From: Patescibacteria group bacterium
Lineage (GTDB): Bacteria > Patescibacteriota > Minisyncoccia > UBA6257 > UBA9933
Assembly: GCA_038065955.1 (NCBI GenBank)
Contig: JBBTPY010000006.1
Location: 7,626-71,625 of the forward strand
Length of the DNA stretch: 64,000 bases
Direction of reading: 5' to 3'
The translations under genes and the position numbers were made by a program. The number at the start of each line of letters is the position of its first letter. The stretch's first letter is position 1. The notes beneath the pieces are model-generated. The model saw only the letters and a program-made list of their open reading frames with translations, did not search any database and was not told the DNA's origin. Below, piece by piece: positions 57,622-64,000 of this stretch.

Positions 57622-59907
57622 ATGAATCAAGTTTTAGAAGCTTCGAATAACGAAAGTAGCGGTTCAAAATGGCGCTGGCTGTTTATTATTTTTGCCGTCT
57701 CGCTGTTTTTGATTTTTATCAGCGGCATTTTTTGGATTTTTACTAAAAGCACGGCTTCGCCGATTGGACTCGGCTGGTTTTTATTCAGTTTTGCCGCCGG
57801 ATTATCAATGATTGTGCTTCCATGCACTTTGCCCTTGGCTTTTGTAATTGTGCCTTTATCAATGGGTAAGGGTTATGTAAAAGGATTAGCGGTGGCGTTG
57901 GCGTTCGGCTTGGGCGTTGCCATCACTCTTTCCACTTACGGCATTTTTGCCGCTTTGCTCGGCAAAGTTTTTATTGCTTATGCCGGCGGCGGAGGCGAGA
58001 TTATTAAAAATATTTTTTATGCCATTGCCGGAGTTTTTGCGATGCTGTTCGCTTTGTCCGAATTAAAATTGATTAATTTTCGCATCCCCAGTTATATGGG
58101 CGCGGCCCCGGGTTTTATTCAAAGGCGCAGCGATATTGCCAAGGCCTTAATGCTCGGACTTTTTTTGGGAAATATCGGTATTGGCTGTCCGCACCCGGCA
58201 ACGCCGATAATTTTAGGGCAGATTGGAATTATCGGAGATGTTTTTTACGGCTGGCTTTTATTTTTAACGCACGCGATCGGAAGAATCATCCCGCTGTTGT
58301 TATTGGCAATTTTGGGAATTTTGGGAATTAACGCCACTAAAGCGCTGATGGCGCGCAAAGAATCAATCGCCAGAGCCACTGCTTGGGGAATGGTTTTTGT
58401 CGGAGCTTTTTTGTTTACGCTCGGATTTTTCGGCCATGATTGGTGGGTATTTTCCGGAATGCACACGTTGCTGGAAGAAATCACGCAAGAGGAGCGCTTG
58501 CTCGGTATTTTGAAAGGCAGATTGGAAAGCGCGGTTACTCATGTTCACGGCATTCCAACTGGTACCGGATTTTTCGGCTTGCCTTTATGGCTGGGTAATT
58601 GGGTTTTTGTGCTGTTGATGGCAATACCATTGTGGGGTTCTTGGTTTCTTCAGCGCAGAAAATTAAGCGTTTTAACAGAGCCGGAACAAAGCATTTTAAA
58701 AAAAGAATTAAGATTGAAAAAATTTAAATTCGCGGTTTTAACGATTATTTTCGCCTTAACTTTTATTTATATTTTGCCGCAAAGATTTTTATCTCAGCAA
58801 TTGGCGCATCAGGCGGAAGAAGTTGGATATGACTATACGGCAGGCGCGCATCTTCCGGCGAAAACAGTTGATATTTCTGAAATTGGCAAGAGAGCTGATG
58901 ACTTGCCGGCGCCGATTGTCCGCCGGGAAAATGAAAAAGTGATAGTGGAATTGGAAACGCGGGAAATTGTCGCTGAAATCGCGCCCGGAATCACTTATGA
59001 ATATTGGACTTATAATGGCACTGTACCCGGACCCTTTATCAGAGTTAAAGAAGGGGACACGGTGGAGGTCCGGCTTACTCACGCATTGCACAGTCATGCG
59101 GCAAATGCCGAACATTCTTTTAATATCAGCGCTTTTCCGGTTAAAAGCGTAAACGCTGGCGTTGGACATAACGATGAGCATGATTCAATGGCGAATTCAG
59201 ATCACGAAAAAGCCGGTCATGCCAAGCATTCCATTGACCTTCACGCCGTGGAAGGCCCGGGAGGCGGAGCGGTTTTAACGCAGGTTGAAAGCGGGCAAAC
59301 AGCTACTTTTCAATTTAAAGCCACGCGGCCGGGAATCTATGTGTATCATTGCGCCAGCCCTCATATTCCCACTCATGTTGCCAATGGAATGTACGGGTTA
59401 ATTTTGGTTGAGCCGAAAAACGGCTTGGCAAAAGTTGCTCAAGAATTTTATGTGATGCAGGGAGAGTTTTACACGAAAGGCGAGGTTGGCGAAAAAGGCC
59501 ATCAGGAATTCAGTTTGGAAAAATTGAAAAAAGAAGCGCCGGAATATTTTGCGTTTAACGGCCGCGTCGGTTCTTTAACAGGTAGCCGCGCCTTAAAAGC
59601 CAAAGTCGGCGAAACAATCCGCCTTTATTTCGGAGTCGGGTCGCATATCGCTTCAAATTTTCATATTATCGGAGGAATTTTAGATAAACTTTATCCGGAG
59701 GGAGACATTATATCTTTGCCGCATCGCAATGTTCAGACAACAATTGTGCCGCCGGGAGGCGCGGCAATGGCGGAATTCAAATTGGAAGTTCCCGGCAAAT
59801 ATTTATTGGTTGATCACAGCTTGTCGCGCGCCATTGACAAAGGAGCGATTGGAGAGATTATCGTAAGCGGAGAAGAAAATCCGGAAATTTTTAAAAAAGT
59901 AAAATAA
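57622..59907 (+). CDS. nirK: CcdA/DsbD-like membrane domain fused to copper-containing nitrite reductase
   Basis: VLPCTLP and GIGCPHP Cys pair in multi-TM region; HSIDLH, YHC, H-VANGM, NFHIIG, LVDH Cu and catalytic motifs. Confidence 0.9.
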   Translation: MNQVLEASNNESSGSKWRWLFIIFAVSLFLIFISGIFWIFTKSTASPIGLGWFLFSFAAGLSMIVLPCTLPLAFVIVPLSMGKGYVKGLAVALAFGLGVAITLSTYGIFAALLGKVFIAYAGGGGEIIKNIFYAIAGVFAMLFALSELKLINFRIPSYMGAAPGFIQRRSDIAKALMLGLFLGNIGIGCPHPATPIILGQIGIIGDVFYGWLLFLTHAIGRIIPLLLLAILGILGINATKALMARKESIARATAWGMVFVGAFLFTLGFFGHDWWVFSGMHTLLEEITQEERLLGILKGRLESAVTHVHGIPTGTGFFGLPLWLGNWVFVLLMAIPLWGSWFLQRRKLSVLTEPEQSILKKELRLKKFKFAVLTIIFALTFIYILPQRFLSQQLAHQAEEVGYDYTAGAHLPAKTVDISEIGKRADDLPAPIVRRENEKVIVELETREIVAEIAPGITYEYWTYNGTVPGPFIRVKEGDTVEVRLTHALHSHAANAEHSFNISAFPVKSVNAGVGHNDEHDSMANSDHEKAGHAKHSIDLHAVEGPGGGAVLTQVESGQTATFQFKATRPGIYVYHCASPHIPTHVANGMYGLILVEPKNGLAKVAQEFYVMQGEFYTKGEVGEKGHQEFSLEKLKKEAPEYFAFNGRVGSLTGSRALKAKVGETIRLYFGVGSHIASNFHIIGGILDKLYPEGDIISLPHRNVQTTIVPPGGAAMAEFKLEVPGKYLLVDHSLSRAIDKGAIGEIIVSGEENPEIFKKVK

Positions 59908-59908
59908 A

Positions 59909-60175
59909 ATGAAAAAGATTATTTTGGAAATTTTGTCGTCGCCGGGGTGCGTTCATTGCGCTGAATTTAAAAAATATTGGGAAAGCGTTAAGGCTCAATT
60001 TCCCGACGTGGAAATGGCTGAAATTGATTTAACCAGCGATAAAGGTCAGGAAATGGTTCAGAAATATATGATTATGGCTTCTCCGGGTGTTATAATAAAT
60101 GGAGAGCTTTTTTCAACCGGCGGAGTCAATAAAGAAAAATTTGAAATGAAATTAAAGGAATTATCCGTGTCTTAA
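59909..60175 (+). CDS. Thioredoxin/glutaredoxin-like protein
   Basis: SPGCVHC, ASPGVIING; no signal peptide. Confidence 0.88.
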   Translation: MKKIILEILSSPGCVHCAEFKKYWESVKAQFPDVEMAEIDLTSDKGQEMVQKYMIMASPGVIINGELFSTGGVNKEKFEMKLKELSVS

Positions 60176-60201
60176 AAGGTCGCGATAAGTATCAAAATTA
60201 T

Positions 60202-60681
60202 ATGAAAATATTTTCAATATCGTTTTTAGCAGTTTTATTTTTATTAAGCGGTTTTGCGTCCGTGGTTTTTGCTCATGGCGGCGAAGTGGACGGCCATAGC
60301 CCTACAACGATGAAAATGGACGAGATGATGTCCGCGATGATGGGAGAGAATAAAGCGGTTAATTGCGCGGGAATGGATTCAGCTGAATTGATTGAAAAAG
60401 GCGAGGATTTAATGTCAAAAATGATGGGCAATGATGAAGAAAAACACGAACTTATGGAAGAAGAAATGGAAAAAATCGGCGGTATGGAATTTCACGATAT
60501 GATGCATACAATGATAGGGCGAATGGCCAGCGGATGCCTTACCGATGAACAACAAAAAGCAGTAATATCTAAATTAACTGCAGTCGCGCCCCAAAAAACC
60601 AACCAAGCATTGCCGCTTGTAACAGGCATTGTTATGGGATTGATTGTCGGATTGGTCGGGATGTCGTTTTTTAGAAAATAA
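60202..60681 (+). CDS. Exported Met/His-rich protein with C-terminal membrane anchor (putative Cu chaperone)
   Basis: Signal peptide ending VFA|HGG, MDEMMSAMMG, HDMMHTM, C-terminal TM. Confidence 0.75.
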   Translation: MKIFSISFLAVLFLLSGFASVVFAHGGEVDGHSPTTMKMDEMMSAMMGENKAVNCAGMDSAELIEKGEDLMSKMMGNDEEKHELMEEEMEKIGGMEFHDMMHTMIGRMASGCLTDEQQKAVISKLTAVAPQKTNQALPLVTGIVMGLIVGLVGMSFFRK

Positions 60682-60682
60682 A

Positions 60683-61081
60683 ATGAATAAATTCGTCATT
60701 ATCGCTATTTTCGCCGCTATCTTAATCGGAGCCGGCATAACATACAGCGTTTATTTTCGCGCTCCGGAAATCGCTCCCATTAAACCAACCGGCAATATTG
60801 TAGAAATCAATATAACGGCGAATAAAAATAAATGGAATCCAACACTGATTACCGTCAAAGCCGGCGATACCATTAAAATAAATTTGATTAACGAAGACCT
60901 CTATGACCACGGATTTGCCATAGAGGCCTTTGGCATTAATAAGCGAATGTTCGCCAAGCAAAACACTTCGGTGGAATTTGTCGCTTCAAAAAAAGGCAAT
61001 TTTGTTTTTTATTGCTCTGTGCCGTGCGGCGAAGGACATTTTGAACAAACCGGCCACCTTATAGTAGTAAGTAGTGAGTAG
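60683..61081 (+). CDS. Membrane-anchored cupredoxin with CuA-like motif
   Basis: N-terminal TM; DHGF; YCSVPCGEGHFEQ. Confidence 0.85.
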   Translation: MNKFVIIAIFAAILIGAGITYSVYFRAPEIAPIKPTGNIVEINITANKNKWNPTLITVKAGDTIKINLINEDLYDHGFAIEAFGINKRMFAKQNTSVEFVASKKGNFVFYCSVPCGEGHFEQTGHLIVVSSE

Positions 61082-61099
61082 AAAGTAGTAAGTAGTAAA
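61065..61099. repeat. Heptamer tandem repeat (TAGTAAG)x5
   Basis: TAGTAAG TAGTGAG TAGAAAG TAGTAAG TAGTAAA. Confidence 0.8.
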
Positions 61100-61101
61100 A
61101 C

Positions 61102-63516
61102 ATGCAAGAACGTAAAATTTTCAAAATTAGAGGAATGCATTGCGCCGCGTGCGCCAATTTAATCAACAAATTTTTGTTGAAGCAAAAAGGCGTGCTGGAA
61201 GCGAATGCCAATTTCGGCTCTGAATCTTTGAACGCGTTTTATGACAGTTCGGTTATCACGCCGGAGCAGATGAACGCCGTTTTGAAGAAGCTCGGTTATA
61301 GCCTTATCATAGCGGAGAAAGAAAGCGAAAGCGAAGAATTGGCGGAAATGGAAAGGCAAAAAGAAATTCAAAATCTCAAAAAAAGGACAATCATCAGTTT
61401 TATTTTTGCTTCGCCGATAATTCTTTACTATATGACAGTGCATATGTTTAATTTAAAACATATTCACGCTTTTTGCGTTTCTGGCGGCGGATTGATGACA
61501 GGATTGGTAAGCGGATGCCAAGGCGGATGGCTTTTGGATTTTAATTGGATATTTTTCGCGATGACTACGCCGATACAATTGGGAGTCGGCTGGGTGTTTT
61601 ACAGAAACGCCTGGACCGCCATGCGCGTCGGTTCGGCTTCAATGGATGTTTTGGTGGTTTTGGGAACAAGCGCGGCTTATTTGATTTCGGTTATCGGTTT
61701 TCTTTTTTCCGATTTGGCTTTTTTGCGCGAATGGAGCGGCTGGAGCGGTTTGGACCATCCTTTTTGGGAATCCTCGGCGGCCTTGGTTTCTTTTATTATT
61801 CTCGGTCGTTATTTTGAAGCGCGTTCCAGGGGTCGAGTAACATCGGCAATCCGCAAGCTAATGAATTTGGCGCCAAAAACCGCGATTGTTATTCGCGATG
61901 GCAAGGAGCTGGAAATTCCATCCAGCGAGCTGAAAATTGACGATATCTTTTTGGTAAAGCCCGGAGCCAATGTGCCGACGGACGGCATTATTGTTGAAGG
62001 CAAATCGTCAATTGACGAAAAAGTCGTTACCGGCGAATCAATGCCCGTTGGCAAAGACGCGGGCGATGAAGTAATAGGCGCGACCAATAACACTTACGGC
62101 CTTTTGAAATGCCGCGCCAAGAAAGTGGGCAAAGACACTTTGCTTTTTCAGATTATTAAAATGGTTCGCGAAGCTCAATCGTCAAAGGCCTCTATTCAGG
62201 ACGTGGCCGACAGAGTGTCGGAAAAATTCGTGCCCATTGTTATCGTGTTTGCTTTGCTGGTTTTTTCAATGTGGTATTTCATTCTCGGCTATCCGGCAAT
62301 TCCTTCAATGATTTTTATGGTGGCGGTTCTGGTTATTTCTTGCCCTTGCGCTTTGGGATTGGCAACGCCTACGGCTTTGATGGTTGGCACTGCTCGCGGC
62401 GCGCAATCCGGCATTTTAATAAAAGGCGGTAAAGCGCTCGAAGGCGCTTATAAGATTAATGCTGTGGCGTTTGACAAGACCGGCACGCTTACCAAGGGCG
62501 AGCCGGCGGTAACCGATGTGGTTGCTTTGGCCGCTCTGCCCAAAGAAGAAGTTTTGAAAATTGCCGCTATTGCCGAGCGCGGTTCCGAACATCCGCTTGC
62601 TCAAGCGATTATTAAAGCTTCAGCCGATGTTCCCGAGCCGAAAGAATTTTCCGCGCTTTCAGGCCGCGGCATTAAAGCGCAATATGAAGGCAAAACAATT
62701 TTAGTGGGCAATGAGCTTTTGATGGCGGAAAATAATTTGGATATTACTCCTTACGAAAAAGATTATGAAGATTTGCAGAATCAGGCGAAAACCGTCGTTT
62801 TCACCGCTTATAACGGAAAAATTATCGGCATTATCGCCTTGGCCGACACTTTGAAAGATTATGTCAAAGAAGCGATTACGGAACTTAAAAAAATGAAGAA
62901 AGAAATTATTATGATTACCGGCGACAATGAAAAAACCGCCAAAGCCATTGCTTCAAGTATTGGCATTGACAGTTATTTTGCCAAAGTTTTGCCGGAGAAA
63001 AAAGAGGAGTTAATAGCCAATCTGCAAAAGCAAGGTAAGGTGGTGGCAATGGTTGGCGATGGCATTAATGACGCGCCGGCTTTGGCAAAAGCCGATTTGG
63101 GAATCGCGGTCGGTTCCGGCACCGATGTGGCGATTGAAACCGGCGACATTATTTTAATTAAAGACGATATTCGCGACGTGGTTACTGCCATTGATTTGTC
63201 CAAAAAAACCATCCATAAAATTTGGCAGAATTTCTTCTGGGCTTTCATTTATAATATAATCGCCATTCCCGTTGCCGCCGGCGTTCATTTGTTTATAACG
63301 CAAACCGCCGGCGTTCCGGCGCCTTGGGTGGTAGAAGCGGCGGCTTTTCTTGGAGAAGCTAGCGGTAAGATATTCCTGAATCTTTCGCAGTCGTCGCTTA
63401 GGCCGGAAATCGCCGGTTTTGCCATGGCGTTTTCTTCGGTGTCGGTGGTAATGAATTCTCTTTTACTCAACCGCTACAAAGAGCCAAAGTTTGCCAGAGA
63501 GAATAAAAAACAATAA
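61102..63516 (+). CDS. copA: Cu(I)-transporting P1B-type ATPase
   Basis: GMHCAAC, TGES, CPC, DKTGT, SEHP, GDGIND, YN, MAFSS. Confidence 0.95.
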   Translation: MQERKIFKIRGMHCAACANLINKFLLKQKGVLEANANFGSESLNAFYDSSVITPEQMNAVLKKLGYSLIIAEKESESEELAEMERQKEIQNLKKRTIISFIFASPIILYYMTVHMFNLKHIHAFCVSGGGLMTGLVSGCQGGWLLDFNWIFFAMTTPIQLGVGWVFYRNAWTAMRVGSASMDVLVVLGTSAAYLISVIGFLFSDLAFLREWSGWSGLDHPFWESSAALVSFIILGRYFEARSRGRVTSAIRKLMNLAPKTAIVIRDGKELEIPSSELKIDDIFLVKPGANVPTDGIIVEGKSSIDEKVVTGESMPVGKDAGDEVIGATNNTYGLLKCRAKKVGKDTLLFQIIKMVREAQSSKASIQDVADRVSEKFVPIVIVFALLVFSMWYFILGYPAIPSMIFMVAVLVISCPCALGLATPTALMVGTARGAQSGILIKGGKALEGAYKINAVAFDKTGTLTKGEPAVTDVVALAALPKEEVLKIAAIAERGSEHPLAQAIIKASADVPEPKEFSALSGRGIKAQYEGKTILVGNELLMAENNLDITPYEKDYEDLQNQAKTVVFTAYNGKIIGIIALADTLKDYVKEAITELKKMKKEIIMITGDNEKTAKAIASSIGIDSYFAKVLPEKKEELIANLQKQGKVVAMVGDGINDAPALAKADLGIAVGSGTDVAIETGDIILIKDDIRDVVTAIDLSKKTIHKIWQNFFWAFIYNIIAIPVAAGVHLFITQTAGVPAPWVVEAAAFLGEASGKIFLNLSQSSLRPEIAGFAMAFSSVSVVMNSLLLNRYKEPKFARENKKQ

Positions 63517-63525
63517 AATATACAT

Positions 63526-63741
63526 ATGACAAAAAAATTTTATAACATAGAAGGCATGCATTGCGGAGCTTGTAGCACCGGCATTGAAATGTTTTTGTCC
63601 AATACCGAAGGCGTGAAATCCGCGAAGGTTTCGTTTGAAGAAAAAAAAGCCGAAGTGGAGTATGACGAAAATAAAGTAAACGACGAAAAAGTGGTTAAAG
63701 CAGTTGAAGAAGCGGGGTTTAAAGCGCAGGCAATTTCTTGA
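63526..63741 (+). CDS. copZ: Copper chaperone (HMA domain)
   Basis: GMHCGAC, 71 aa. Confidence 0.9.
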   Translation: MTKKFYNIEGMHCGACSTGIEMFLSNTEGVKSAKVSFEEKKAEVEYDENKVNDEKVVKAVEEAGFKAQAIS

Positions 63742-63746
63742 AATTT

Positions 63747-64000
63747 ATGGACTGGTATACTTTTCTCATTATTATTCACCTTATTGGAACAGTTTTAGGA
63801 GTGGGCGGCGCGACTTTCGCCGAGATTTTTTATTTTAAAGCGAAAAAAGACGGCGTCATTGAGCCCTTGGAAGTTGACTATCTGCGAACCGCTTATTTTG
63901 TTTTAAGAATTGGTCTTTTTATTTTAATAATATCGGGCTTTGGTTTTCTTTTATTCTATCGTTTAATCGGCGCGGGTGAAGTTCTTTTAAATCAAAAACT
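63747..64000 (+). CDS. Membrane protein, 5' part (runs off window)
   Basis: MDWYTFLIIIHLIGTVLGVGGATFAEIF... open to window end. Confidence 0.7.
   Translation, partial: MDWYTFLIIIHLIGTVLGVGGATFAEIFYFKAKKDGVIEPLEVDYLRTAYFVLRIGLFILIISGFGFLLFYRLIGAGEVLLNQK

Overview
This window looks like a streamlined, AT-rich Patescibacteria (Parcubacteria-like) chromosome: genetic code 11, tightly packed genes, mostly no Shine-Dalgarno sites, a short IF-2 and type IV pilus genes. The taxonomy is inferred from gene content. Core blocks are ftsA(3')-ftsZ-nrdJ-type IV pilus-leuS (1-14.4 kb), uppS-prmC-tsaD-rodA-mltG-rpoBC-rpsF-ssb-rpsR (39.3-52.4 kb), six tRNAs and infB. A ~24 kb accessory island lies between tRNA-Ala(GGC) and uppS. 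It carries a type III R-M system, two Panacea toxin-antitoxin pairs, nucleotide-modifying enzymes, many gene fragments and a frameshifted large serine recombinase (LSR). Three observations stand out. (1) Four copies of the LSR's own C-terminal tail are each joined to a GC-rich element. Three of these elements share conserved loops and covarying stems. The elements bracket HTH-led cargo cassettes and end exactly at the uppS start, which suggests an integron-like or invertible cassette array run by a serine recombinase. (2) A CcdA/DsbD-like membrane domain is fused to an intact copper nitrite reductase (NirK), in an operon with a thioredoxin, a cupredoxin and Cu-delivery genes, which suggests a thioredoxin-fed electron conduit across the membrane. 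(3) Palindromic and heptamer repeats are inserted in frame into housekeeping proteins (LeuS, IF-2, TsaD, UppS). All family assignments come from motif recognition by eye, not database searches.
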